A stretch of DNA of 55,253 nt from Rhodothermales bacterium (GTDB taxonomy: Bacteria > Bacteroidota > Rhodothermia > Rhodothermales > JAHQVL01): the NCBI GenBank assembly GCA_045106435.1, contig JBGCEN010000057.1, forward strand, positions 1 through 55,253, read 5' to 3'. A program made the position numbers and the translations under genes. Positions 30,542 to 40,449 of the stretch are shown in pieces. Below the pieces are notes generated by a model. It was not told the origin of the DNA. It saw nothing but the letters and a program-made list of their open reading frames with translations, and made no database searches. Within the stretch, counting starts at the first letter, position 1, and each line of letters opens with the position of its first letter.

Positions 30542-32458
30542 ATGAGAAAGAATCCCGTTATTCGCTGGCAGCTCTTGGTACTAGGGGGAATAACGCTTCT
30601 TTTGCTTTATCGTGTAGTTGGTGGCCCACCGCCACGTGAAGGATTGGTTGTACTCGAGCGGATGGATGCCAAGACATTGCACCATCGTTCTTTTGAAGTA
30701 GAGCGGACAATCAAGGTTTCTGTTGAGGGGAATGGGTCATTTCAAAGTCTTGAAGCGAGTGATGGTGCGATGGCTGCATATGGCTGGGTCATCAATGCTG
30801 AGACCCGAGAGCCTATCTGGACGATGAGCCCTCAGAATACAACGCGTATTAAAGGGACCCTTGCCGAAGTAAAAGATGTACTAAAACTTGAAGCCGGCAC
30901 GTACCATCTCATGTTTGCGTCTTATGGAGATGAATTAAGAGGCCGGCTGGATCGATCATCCCGTGCGGATGCCGATTGGGAAGAGGATGAGGGAGAATGG
31001 CACATTGTAATGAATTTGGTTGAGGGTAAAGAAACGGACATTCGAACAGTGCATCTTGATAAAGATGATGAAGTGTCTTACGAAGGGGAGCGACTCGTTT
31101 GGCGCTCTGAGCCCGTGGGCAATAACACTACCCGGTCATTTCTCTTTCGGCTAGCTGAAAAAACATCTTTTAGAATTCGTGCAACGGGAGAACACTCTGA
31201 GGATGTGAACGATTTTGGTTATATCGAAGATCAGATTACGGGCAGAAGGGTTTGGGAAATGGATTTTAGTAACTCACTGCCAGCAGGCGGTGTAGCTGAA
31301 AACCGGCGCGTGCAACAAGAGGTCTTCCTTGATGCTGGTATCTACAAGGTGGCTTATCAGACAGACGCAACGCATGCTTATGAGAGTTGGAAAGGCAATC
31401 CACCTTTTGATCCGATGAGCTGGGGCTTGGTAATGACCACAAGAGATACGAGTGATCCCATTGCAGCCTTTGATCCCTGGGAAATAGGTGAGCCGGCTAT
31501 CAGCATGACGCCCTTTAGGGATCATCAACTGAAGGCTACTTCTTTCAAAATTACTGAAAAGAAAAAGGTAGCGCTGTTTGGAATGGGGGAAATGAAACGT
31601 AATGATCGGTATGATTACGGATGGATTGAGCGCAGTCATGCCGGTTCTTTAAACCTGTCGAATAACGATGATCGGCACCCAGATGCTGATTATTCCGTTT
31701 GGGAAATGACTTATGAGGAATCTATGCCGGCTGGCGGAGATGACTCAAACCGTCGGGTGTTGGCTTTTGTAGACCTGATGCCAGACGATTACACACTGTA
31801 TTACCGTACCGATGGATCTCACTCCTTTGAAGATTGGTCAAATGGTGAACCGGCCGAAGGTGAAAAATGGGGTATTTCTCTCTTCCCTCTGAACGAAGCA
31901 GAAAGAACCAAAATTCAAGTGCTCGCCCAAATAGATTTGTCCAACATGGATGATAATAATGACGACGATTATGAGGAAGGCGATGATGAGCATGATGGAT
32001 TTGATATCGAAGTGAATGTAGGAGACATTACTGTCGCACCTGAATTTCCTGTTGCAGTACAGCCTCCTTCTACGCTCAGTTTTAATCCTTCAGATATTGT
32101 TCTATCGATGAACAAGCTGGGGAGTGAAGTAACAGTCCAGAAACCTTTGGAGTTGCAAGGATGGTCACGTCTGAACATTGTTGCTGTTGGAGAAATTACC
32201 ATGAGCGGCAATCGATATGACTATGGATACATCGTAAAAGCAGAAAACGGCGAAGTTGTTTGGGAAATGAACCTCGAGAATACGCAGCCGGCCGGTGGAG
32301 ACGAAGCCAATAGAATCTTTGACGGTACCATTGATCTGGCTGCAGGATCGTATATCGTGCACTTCAAGACAGATGGCACGCATGCGTTTGGTGACTTTAA
32401 CACGCCGGCTCCGATGATTCCTGAAGCATGGGGCATTACAATCGCCCGCGCTGAGTAA
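30542..32458 (+). CDS. N-terminally anchored hypothetical protein with four tandem ~110-aa repeats
   Basis: Recurrent motif D[FY]G[YW]I...VWEM...PAGG...NR...L..G.Y.....TD..H.[FY]..W....P...WG. Confidence 0.85.
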   Translation: MRKNPVIRWQLLVLGGITLLLLYRVVGGPPPREGLVVLERMDAKTLHHRSFEVERTIKVSVEGNGSFQSLEASDGAMAAYGWVINAETREPIWTMSPQNTTRIKGTLAEVKDVLKLEAGTYHLMFASYGDELRGRLDRSSRADADWEEDEGEWHIVMNLVEGKETDIRTVHLDKDDEVSYEGERLVWRSEPVGNNTTRSFLFRLAEKTSFRIRATGEHSEDVNDFGYIEDQITGRRVWEMDFSNSLPAGGVAENRRVQQEVFLDAGIYKVAYQTDATHAYESWKGNPPFDPMSWGLVMTTRDTSDPIAAFDPWEIGEPAISMTPFRDHQLKATSFKITEKKKVALFGMGEMKRNDRYDYGWIERSHAGSLNLSNNDDRHPDADYSVWEMTYEESMPAGGDDSNRRVLAFVDLMPDDYTLYYRTDGSHSFEDWSNGEPAEGEKWGISLFPLNEAERTKIQVLAQIDLSNMDDNNDDDYEEGDDEHDGFDIEVNVGDITVAPEFPVAVQPPSTLSFNPSDIVLSMNKLGSEVTVQKPLELQGWSRLNIVAVGEITMSGNRYDYGYIVKAENGEVVWEMNLENTQPAGGDEANRIFDGTIDLAAGSYIVHFKTDGTHAFGDFNTPAPMIPEAWGITIARAE

Positions 32459-32533
32459 GCAACTGACCAGTTTCTAGAAACCTTTCCAATGATGTAGGTA
32501 TATGTCTACCTTTTGACATAAAAGGGCGATGTA

Positions 32534-33376
32534 TTGACAAACGTACCTACCCTCGAACTGGCATTAACAATTCCCTTCCCTCTCCATGATCTGTTGATTG
32601 CAGAGCTGGATGCACTTGGGTTTACAGGATTTGTACAGGATGATGAGCAAATCATGTCGTACATCCCGTTCAGCTTGTGGACTGGTGAACTGAAGCGGCA
32701 TGTCGAAGCGTGGATACAGCAGCACCATGCAGATGCCGACTGGAGAGAAAAGGAAATTGAGCCGCAGGACTGGAATAAAACGTGGGAAGAATCTATCCAA
32801 CCCATCAGGATTCCTCCTTTTTACGTGCGCCCAAGCTGGGCAGCCCCTGAAGCAGATCTAATTGACATCGTTGTGGATCCAAAGATGAGCTTTGGAACGG
32901 GGCATCACGAAACCACGCGACTCCTCCTCAAAATGATGCCGGCCTACCTGAAGCCGGGTGACAAGGTCTTGGATGCTGGTACAGGCACTGCCATTCTTGC
33001 CATCGCTGCCGTTAAGCTACAGGCTTTATCGGTACTTGCGTTTGATATCGATCCCTGGGTGACTGACAACGTTGCTGAGAATCTGAAACTGAATGAGGTA
33101 TCGCACCTGATTTCTTTTCGGGTTGGTACGCTCGATGTTATACCGGAAGCCGGCTTCAATGTGGTATTGGCGAATATCAATAGAAATGTATTGCTGGAGT
33201 ATCTAAAAGACTTTGCTGCCAAAGTGGCGGCCGGGGGGTATCTGTTTTTATCCGGTGTACTTGTAGTGGATCGACCCATGATGGAAGAGGCTGCTGCCAA
33301 AGTGGGCATGCGTTTAGTCGCAGACGATCATGAAGGAGAATGGTGGGCCGGCATCTTTACACATGATGCATCTTAA
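32534..33376 (+). CDS. prmA: Ribosomal protein L11 methyltransferase
   Basis: DWNKTW, PKMSFGTGHHETT, VLDAGTGTAILAI, ANINRN. Confidence 0.95.
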   Translation: MTNVPTLELALTIPFPLHDLLIAELDALGFTGFVQDDEQIMSYIPFSLWTGELKRHVEAWIQQHHADADWREKEIEPQDWNKTWEESIQPIRIPPFYVRPSWAAPEADLIDIVVDPKMSFGTGHHETTRLLLKMMPAYLKPGDKVLDAGTGTAILAIAAVKLQALSVLAFDIDPWVTDNVAENLKLNEVSHLISFRVGTLDVIPEAGFNVVLANINRNVLLEYLKDFAAKVAAGGYLFLSGVLVVDRPMMEEAAAKVGMRLVADDHEGEWWAGIFTHDAS

Positions 33377-33395
33377 TAAAGGAGCGTAATAACTG

Positions 33396-34352
33396 ATGCG
33401 TGAAATGAGCGGACTGCCTAAACCCATCGCCACCATTGATGTGGGTACCAATACAGCACTTTTACTTGTTTCTAGTTGGAATCAAGGCGAATTGGTTGTA
33501 CTCCACGATGAAACCCGTTTTGTACGTTTGGGGCAGGGGGTAGATGCAGCCGGCATAGTGAATCAAGCTGCAATGCAACGTCTAACCGATACCTTGTCCC
33601 ACTACAATAAGGTCATCGAAAAGTGGGAGGTGTCGACGGTTATTATTGGTGCAACAAGTGCATCAAGGGATGCTGCAAATAAAGATGCGCTTATCAAGTC
33701 TGTGAAAGAGAAGACAGGCCTGACGTATAGATTGTTATCTGGTTTGGAAGAAGCTGAATGGAGTTTTGCCGGCGTCGGCGCAGGGATAAGAAATGACCTT
33801 TCCTCTATCCTGACCATTGATATTGGGGGAGGCTCAACCGAATTCACATTGGGGCATAAAGAAGGGGGAGCCTATATAATTGATGCCGCACAAAGCCTCA
33901 ATGTAGGCTCCGTCAGGCTGATGGAAAAATTCTTTGTCACCCAGCCTCCTACACAGGAAATGTTAACTGAAGCGCGGCATTGGCTATTAGAGCAGCTTGC
34001 TTTGTTGCAGCCCGTTTATCGGGGGAATAATGCAGCACTCATTGGTGCTTCTGGCACAACAACTACGTTAGCTTCGCTCAAAGCTCCTGGGCACTCAGCA
34101 ACGGCTACGCTTAAGAGTGTAATGGGTACAATTTCTGAGGTCAGTGTGCAGGAGTGGTGCGATAGATTGCTAGGCATGAACATCCAGGAAGTGCTTGCCC
34201 TGAACCCGAACGTTATGAAAGGGCGAGAAGATGTTTTTCCAGCCGGCGTATTTATTCTGCGTACAATTATGGAATACCTGGATAAAGAGCTGCTACATGT
34301 AAATACGTGGGGATTACGGCACGGACTGGCGTTGCGGTATTGGCGTATATAG
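33396..34352 (+). CDS. Ppx/GppA family phosphatase (short form)
   Basis: IDVGTNT, ATSASRDAAN, EEA, DIGGGSTE, GSVR, GLRHG. Confidence 0.93.
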   Translation: MREMSGLPKPIATIDVGTNTALLLVSSWNQGELVVLHDETRFVRLGQGVDAAGIVNQAAMQRLTDTLSHYNKVIEKWEVSTVIIGATSASRDAANKDALIKSVKEKTGLTYRLLSGLEEAEWSFAGVGAGIRNDLSSILTIDIGGGSTEFTLGHKEGGAYIIDAAQSLNVGSVRLMEKFFVTQPPTQEMLTEARHWLLEQLALLQPVYRGNNAALIGASGTTTTLASLKAPGHSATATLKSVMGTISEVSVQEWCDRLLGMNIQEVLALNPNVMKGREDVFPAGVFILRTIMEYLDKELLHVNTWGLRHGLALRYWRI

Positions 34353-34557
34353 TATGATATAACATCTCGCGGTACGCAAATAGAAGCACCGTTAAAAAGG
34401 AACAATAGCCGAAACCCTCCGTCCTAGGCGACTCATTATGTGGTTATTTTTTGTCTGTCGAAAACTGTTATAAAAGTAGATTTTTCGGCTTGTAAGTAAT
34501 TGCAATATTGACGTTTGTAACGGGCCATGTCTCGCCCCAATTTTAATCTAGATAGCC

Positions 34558-35667
34558 ATGCCTAATACGCCCGAAAAGGTGATTGAAGCGCTGCGGCGCA
34601 TTACAGATCCTGTGTCAAAAAAGGATCTTGTAAGGAATGATATGATTCGCGATTTAAACATCACGGATGATACCCTGAGCTTTACCGTCATTGTTTCAGA
34701 TCCATCTTCTACTTTTGCAAAAGAGCTGCCGCTAAAAGCAGTAGAGACCGTTAAGGCCGAAGTAGGTGAGGATGTGAAGGTCCAGGTGCATATCGATACA
34801 GCCATGATTGGCCTTGGTGCAGAGGTTATTGGCGGAGGGAAACCGAAGCAACATGACTTTAACGGAGCAAGTGTTATCGCTGTAGCATCGGGTAAAGGAG
34901 GCGTGGGTAAAAGCACGGTGACGGTTAACCTTGCTGTTACATTGGCCAAGGCTGGATATTCAGTAGGATTAATTGATACCGACATCTATGGTCCTTCTAT
35001 TCCAACCATGTTTGGTGTGACAGAAGAAAAACCGCGGGTGAATAGCGATCGCAAAATCCTGCCGATTGAAAAAGCCGGCGTCAAGTTATTGTCTATGGGC
35101 TTTTTAGCAGATCCTAATCAGGCGATGATTTGGAGAGGCCCAATGGTATCGAATGCAGTCCGACAGTTTTTGGGAGACGCCGAATGGGGTGATCTCGACT
35201 TTTTATTACTGGACCTGCCGCCTGGCACAGGGGATATCCAGCTTACAATCGTACAGACGGTTGCCCTTACGGGAGCGATTATTGTTTCAACACCGCAGGA
35301 GGTTGCTCTGGCAGATGCACGCAGAGGCGTTGCAATGTTTCAGAATGTGAAGGTGCCGGTGTTGGGGATTGTCGAAAATATGGCTTATTTCACGCCGCCC
35401 GAATTGCCTGAGAAGAAGTACCATTTATTTGGAGAAGGCGGTGCGCGCCGGCTTGCTGATACACTCGATGTGCCTTTTCTGGCCGAGATTCCTATAGAGC
35501 AGGCGTTAAGAGAAAGTGGAGACGCTGGGACGCCTTTGATGCAAGGGACAGCAGATTCAGAATCAACACGTGCATTTGATCTGTTGGCTAAGCAAGCCAT
35601 TCTACAAACAGCTCTTTGTAAAGCCAAGCTACCTGCACAAGAACAGGTGGAAATTGTTTATCGATAA
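34558..35667 (+). CDS. mrp: Mrp/NBP35 (ApbC) ATP-binding protein lacking the CxxC motif
   Basis: N-terminal DUF59-like domain, GKGGVGKST, DIYGPS, WRGPM, DLPPGTGD, ENMAYF. Confidence 0.95.
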   Translation: MPNTPEKVIEALRRITDPVSKKDLVRNDMIRDLNITDDTLSFTVIVSDPSSTFAKELPLKAVETVKAEVGEDVKVQVHIDTAMIGLGAEVIGGGKPKQHDFNGASVIAVASGKGGVGKSTVTVNLAVTLAKAGYSVGLIDTDIYGPSIPTMFGVTEEKPRVNSDRKILPIEKAGVKLLSMGFLADPNQAMIWRGPMVSNAVRQFLGDAEWGDLDFLLLDLPPGTGDIQLTIVQTVALTGAIIVSTPQEVALADARRGVAMFQNVKVPVLGIVENMAYFTPPELPEKKYHLFGEGGARRLADTLDVPFLAEIPIEQALRESGDAGTPLMQGTADSESTRAFDLLAKQAILQTALCKAKLPAQEQVEIVYR

Positions 35668-35906
35668 ACCTCCATCTTCTGCTTGTAACCAGTATCAGAC
35701 ATTATCCGTAGTTGGTTGAGGATCTCTTTGGGGGATGGTTGATGTTTGTGGGTAATAGGTATGCATATTAAAAAAGTCTGTAACAAGACGCTGTGCCGCG
35801 TTGAGTATTGAGGTGTATTAATGGGTAAGCTACAATAGATAAAGACTATACGATAAAAGGGCGCATCTTTTTATTGTTTGATTCACGTGATTGGATAATT
35901 GCAGAT

Positions 35907-38201
35907 ATGATAGATTGGGCTGGATTGATAGATTTACCAGGCAATTCGCGGAGACGTGTGGTTTACACGTTTTTCTTTTTACTTTTCTTTGCTCCAGGTT
36001 TGGTTGTTGCACAAGACAACGCCTCGTTGAATGGATTTGTGAAAGATGCGACTACGGGTGAAACGCTTTTATTTGCGAATGTTGTTTTGTGGGATACCAA
36101 TGCAGGTACAGCTACAAACAACACGGGGTATTACACGCTGACTGGTTTGGCACCGGGTACCTATGAGGTGGTGTGTACATACATTGGCTTTCGCGAATTT
36201 CGTGAAACAGTAACCATCGCTGATGCAGAAAACAGACGGCTGGACATCAATTTGATTCCGGATAATGTTGTGCTTGAAGGGGTTGAAGTAACTGCCGAAA
36301 AAGAGTTGGAAGATGAGGAGCGCAACATTGGTGTAAGTCAACTGGACATTCAATCTGTTCAGCGACTACCAACCATTCTGGAGCCTGATGTGTTCAGGTC
36401 CTTGCAGCTACTACCGGGTGTAAAGGCTGCATCTGATTATTCAAGCGGCCTGTATATTCGGGGTGGGAGCCCTGATCAAACGCTCATCTTGCTGGATCGC
36501 ACAACCGTTTATAATCCGTCGCATTTCTTCGGGTTTTTCTCCACGTTTAATCCTGATGCCATTAAAGATGTGCGCCTGTATAAAGGCGCTTATCCAGCAG
36601 AATTCGGCGGCCGGCTTGGTTCAGTTGTTGATATCTATAACAAAGATGGAAACCGGGTGGAAAACAAAGGCGGACTGAGTCTCGGTTTGCTCGCGTCTAG
36701 AGCCTATGTGGAAGGACCCTATAGCAAAGGATCCTGGATGTTCGCCATTCGCAGATCAACGCTAGAGCCCATTCTTTCTGTCCTCAGAAATCAAGACGTG
36801 GATGGCATACCAAACAGTTTCTATTTCATCGATCTCAATGGTAAAATCAACTTTGATCTTAACGAAAACGACCGATTTTCTGTAGCCTTTTATGGCGGTA
36901 CAGATGAACTGGACTTGCCTTTGTTCGATGATGCCAATATTGATCTTGCTTACGGCAATCGGACATTAAGTATGAACTGGACGCATATATTTAACCAGAA
37001 TCTTTTTTCCAACTTTACGCTGACATATTCCCGGTATTTCAACGAACCAAATTTCGATTTTGGGGGGACGCAGTTTAATCGTGTGAACAACGTTTGGGAC
37101 CTTTCAGCAAAAGGAGATTTCGAATACATTCCAAATGAACGTCATTCTTTGGCCGTTGGGTTTTGGGGAGGGAGTTTTACCTTCCGCTTGCGCGATATGT
37201 TTGACGGCGAAACAGGGTTAACCGAACGTGTCAGATCTCCTTATGCTGCGCTGTATGTTGAAGAGACATACAAGCCTCGTCCAGATTTGCAAATCCAGGT
37301 CGGACTACGGGCTAATTACTTTGAGCAAGGAGATTATCTACGCATTGAACCACGCGTTAGTGTGGAGCATAGACCGAACAGTGCTGTTCGTTTACAGGCC
37401 GGCTATGGTAGGTATAACCAGTTTCTGACGCTAATTACAAGCGAACTCTTTACCGGGTTTGACCTTTGGCTCACAACGGGTGAAGGCGTTAAACCGGCTT
37501 TTGGTGACCAATTTGTTGCCGGCATCAAGACGACATTGCCCAATGAGTGGAATCTCGATTTTGAAGTATACTACCGGACGATGAAGGACCTTTTTCAATT
37601 GGATCCTTTCCTTCCTGATGCAGCTGGTTTGGAGTATGCAGAACTATTTAGTTTTGGTGAGGGGTTTGCATATGGTTCAGAACTGCTCCTGCGGAAGAAT
37701 GAAGGCCGGCTCAATGGCTTCATCGGATATACGCTCGGTTACACAAAGCGACGTATCCCTGAAATCAATAACTTTGAGTATTTCCCCCCGAAATACGACC
37801 GCCGGCATGAAATCAACGTCGTAATGAACTATGAATTGTCCTCTAAGTGGCGCTTTACCAGTGTCTGGAATCTTGCGTCAGGGCAAGCTTATACCGAGCC
37901 TAATGGTCAGTTCAAGTTATTAGACAATCCGATTGGCGTTGATGTGCGCGATGTACTAATCAGCCCGTTTAATCAAGCGAGATTGCCGACGTATCATCGA
38001 CTTGATCTGGGATTCTCTCGTCTTGGCAAGTTCTTTAAACTGGGTGAATCTGAGTTGCAAATTCAGCTCATCAATGCTTATGGACGGTCGAATATATGGT
38101 TTTACTTCTTTGAATTTGAAGAAGACAATACCGTCAAAAGAAATGAGATTCCTCAAATTCCAGTGCCCATCCCTAATGTCTCCTATACAATCAGGTTCTA
38201 A
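35907..38201 (+). CDS. TonB-dependent receptor with N-terminal carboxypeptidase-regulatory-like domain (start uncertain)
   Basis: GFVKDATTGETL, LQLLPGV, YIRGGSPDQ, YKGAYPAEFGGRL, YHRLD; C-terminal Phe. Confidence 0.92.
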   Translation: MIDWAGLIDLPGNSRRRVVYTFFFLLFFAPGLVVAQDNASLNGFVKDATTGETLLFANVVLWDTNAGTATNNTGYYTLTGLAPGTYEVVCTYIGFREFRETVTIADAENRRLDINLIPDNVVLEGVEVTAEKELEDEERNIGVSQLDIQSVQRLPTILEPDVFRSLQLLPGVKAASDYSSGLYIRGGSPDQTLILLDRTTVYNPSHFFGFFSTFNPDAIKDVRLYKGAYPAEFGGRLGSVVDIYNKDGNRVENKGGLSLGLLASRAYVEGPYSKGSWMFAIRRSTLEPILSVLRNQDVDGIPNSFYFIDLNGKINFDLNENDRFSVAFYGGTDELDLPLFDDANIDLAYGNRTLSMNWTHIFNQNLFSNFTLTYSRYFNEPNFDFGGTQFNRVNNVWDLSAKGDFEYIPNERHSLAVGFWGGSFTFRLRDMFDGETGLTERVRSPYAALYVEETYKPRPDLQIQVGLRANYFEQGDYLRIEPRVSVEHRPNSAVRLQAGYGRYNQFLTLITSELFTGFDLWLTTGEGVKPAFGDQFVAGIKTTLPNEWNLDFEVYYRTMKDLFQLDPFLPDAAGLEYAELFSFGEGFAYGSELLLRKNEGRLNGFIGYTLGYTKRRIPEINNFEYFPPKYDRRHEINVVMNYELSSKWRFTSVWNLASGQAYTEPNGQFKLLDNPIGVDVRDVLISPFNQARLPTYHRLDLGFSRLGKFFKLGESELQIQLINAYGRSNIWFYFFEFEEDNTVKRNEIPQIPVPIPNVSYTIRF

Positions 38202-38257
38202 AACGCTACATCTGTCATCATCGTTAGAAAAGAACCCGAATTAGATCTGGGAAACCC

Positions 38258-39172
38258 ATGAAAGTAAATAGATTTATTGCCCGTATTGGTCATTGTACTG
38301 CTGTTGTTGCGTTGTTATTTCTGCTTGGCTGTGATTCAAATGATTTAGAGCGACATACACCAGAAATTGTTGTAGAATCTTACTTGGTTGCTGGCGAGCC
38401 TGTGGCCAAGGTGCGTGTGAGCCAAAGTGCCTCGACCCAAAAAACGTACGACTTTACTGAAAATGCTGTTACGGGAGCGGAAGTGATGGTCATTAGGCTT
38501 GATGCGAATGGTGCGGCTGAGGAAGTAACGAGATTTGTCGAGCTTGATGAGCAGCCGGGACTCTATTGGCCAACGGAAGAGAACACTGTTGTAGCCGGTA
38601 AATCGTATCGTCTTGAAGTCAATCCAAGAGGGTTTCCACTGGTCACGTCTACCACCTTTGTGCCCGGCGCTTTTGAGTTGGTTCGAAATAGTGCTGATAC
38701 GTTGGTTTATCAAGGGAGTGATCAGTTTGAGCTCGACGTGACAAGGAGTGAATTTCCTGGCCGGCAGAGTATCTTCATCTTTGCTACAGAATCTCTGAAT
38801 CCCATTGGAGATCTTTTAACGCCCTTTTACAGGGATATAACCGGTGATAGCGAAGATGATCTTGCAAGTCTGCGCATTACAGAGTCGCCTTTGATCAATG
38901 AGGGCAATTATGATGTCAATGAAGATGGTACGCTGACGATCAAATTGCCCTGGATTGCTGTTGCGTTTTATGGACCGAATCGTCTGACCGCAAATGCAGT
39001 TGATGATAATATGTACGATTTTATACGTTCTCAAACGGTACAGCAGGGTGGTTCAACACTTGCTCCGGGAGAAATTCCGAATGTACTCAACCGAGTGGAG
39101 GGCGGTACAGGTATTTTTGGTAGCCTGGCTCGCTCGATTGTTGATGTAGAAGTTATTCCACCATCCCAGTAG
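38258..39172 (+). CDS. DUF4249-like lipoprotein (TBDR partner)
   Basis: Lipobox LLG-C; IVVESYL near the N-terminus, VEGGTGIFGS near the C-terminus; follows the TBDR. Confidence 0.8.
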   Translation: MKVNRFIARIGHCTAVVALLFLLGCDSNDLERHTPEIVVESYLVAGEPVAKVRVSQSASTQKTYDFTENAVTGAEVMVIRLDANGAAEEVTRFVELDEQPGLYWPTEENTVVAGKSYRLEVNPRGFPLVTSTTFVPGAFELVRNSADTLVYQGSDQFELDVTRSEFPGRQSIFIFATESLNPIGDLLTPFYRDITGDSEDDLASLRITESPLINEGNYDVNEDGTLTIKLPWIAVAFYGPNRLTANAVDDNMYDFIRSQTVQQGGSTLAPGEIPNVLNRVEGGTGIFGSLARSIVDVEVIPPSQ

Positions 39173-39181
39173 CCGGCGCAA

Positions 39182-39592
39182 ATGTCAGCCATTGACGATA
39201 TTCTTTTATCCTTCGATCAACTTGATCCAGTAGACAGACTGGAGTGGTTAATTGAATTTGGCAATAGTTTGCCCGAATTGCCTAACGCTCTGCACGAAGA
39301 AAGAGATGCTGGCCGTTATATCGTGCATGAATGTCAGGCACCTGTGTTTTTGAAGGCTGAGGTGATTGAAGGCAACTTACACCTCTATGCTGATGCTCCC
39401 AGGGAGGCTGCCATTGCAAAAGGATTTATATCAGTATTGATATCCATGTTTGATAAGATGCCTACAATTACGCTGCAAGAAGGGCCGGCGGACATGTTGC
39501 AAGCCCTAAAGATATACGATTTGGTTGGCATGCAACGAAAACGCGGTTTGTCTGCTATCTATGCGTCTCTACGCGCCCAGGTATTGAATTAA
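39182..39592 (+). CDS. sufE: SufE family sulfur-acceptor protein
   Basis: DRLEWLIEFG..LP, VHECQAPV (acceptor Cys), IAKG, R.RGL. Confidence 0.85.
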   Translation: MSAIDDILLSFDQLDPVDRLEWLIEFGNSLPELPNALHEERDAGRYIVHECQAPVFLKAEVIEGNLHLYADAPREAAIAKGFISVLISMFDKMPTITLQEGPADMLQALKIYDLVGMQRKRGLSAIYASLRAQVLN

Positions 39593-39652
39593 GCAGGACT
39601 TTACGCTGCGCTCCAATAAATTGTAGCACATGGGGATTAAACACTACGCGGA

Positions 39653-40303
39653 TTAGTCATTCTTCTGCGGCGAATTAAAAAGGGAAAGTAATTCGGCGAG
39701 CATCATGGCAGTAGCTCCCCAGATGGTTTCGCCTTCATAGGCATAATAGGGGATGGTCGTCTCAGCGCCATTAAGCACCCAATTCTCACGTCTTTGTAAT
39801 GCGGGGTCTGCGAGATGTTGAAGCGGCACCTTTAAAATACGTTCTACCTCTGAATCCTGAGGTGTTAAGGATAGAGGAGTTTCTTTTAGCGCTCCGACAA
39901 ACGGATATACGCAGAAATTAGATACGTTTATATAGAGTGGGCTTAAAGATCCAAGAAGTGAGATATCGTTCGCAAACAACCCAATTTCTTCGTGCGTTTC
40001 CCTAAGGGCTGTTTGGGTGAGCGATTCATGCTGTTCGTGTTTGCCGCCCGGGAAGGAGATTTGGCCGGGGTGCTTGCTGAGGGTTTGTTTTCTTTTGGTT
40101 AGAATGACACCTGTAGCATCGGCCATAGGAAACAGAACAGCTAATACGGCAGCTTTGCGACAGATTTTTCCTTCTATACTCAGCGCTTCCGGTGTTACAC
40201 GCGATGCCGGCGCCATGTTAAGATGTGCATCGAGCCCCGGGAGATCGTGTTGCAAGCGTTCGCCAAGGAACGCGATCTGTTCAGAAAAAGGATAGTCAAG
40301 CAT
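39653..40303 (-). CDS. Nudix CoA pyrophosphatase
   Basis: LTKR...HPGQISFPGG, Nudix box TALRETHEEIG, IWGATA. Confidence 0.93.
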   Translation of the reverse strand: MLDYPFSEQIAFLGERLQHDLPGLDAHLNMAPASRVTPEALSIEGKICRKAAVLAVLFPMADATGVILTKRKQTLSKHPGQISFPGGKHEQHESLTQTALRETHEEIGLFANDISLLGSLSPLYINVSNFCVYPFVGALKETPLSLTPQDSEVERILKVPLQHLADPALQRRENWVLNGAETTIPYYAYEGETIWGATAMMLAELLSLFNSPQKND

Positions 40304-40449
40304 GTATGAGCAATTCGATGATTGGATGCCCTTTTGCATATCCATACAAAAAAGGAGTATACAGACAACATGCTGTATACTCCTGAACTTGTTGTTGATC
40401 CGGGCTTGTGGGCGCGATCAACCTTCAAAATGCTGAATTTTAAGACGAC

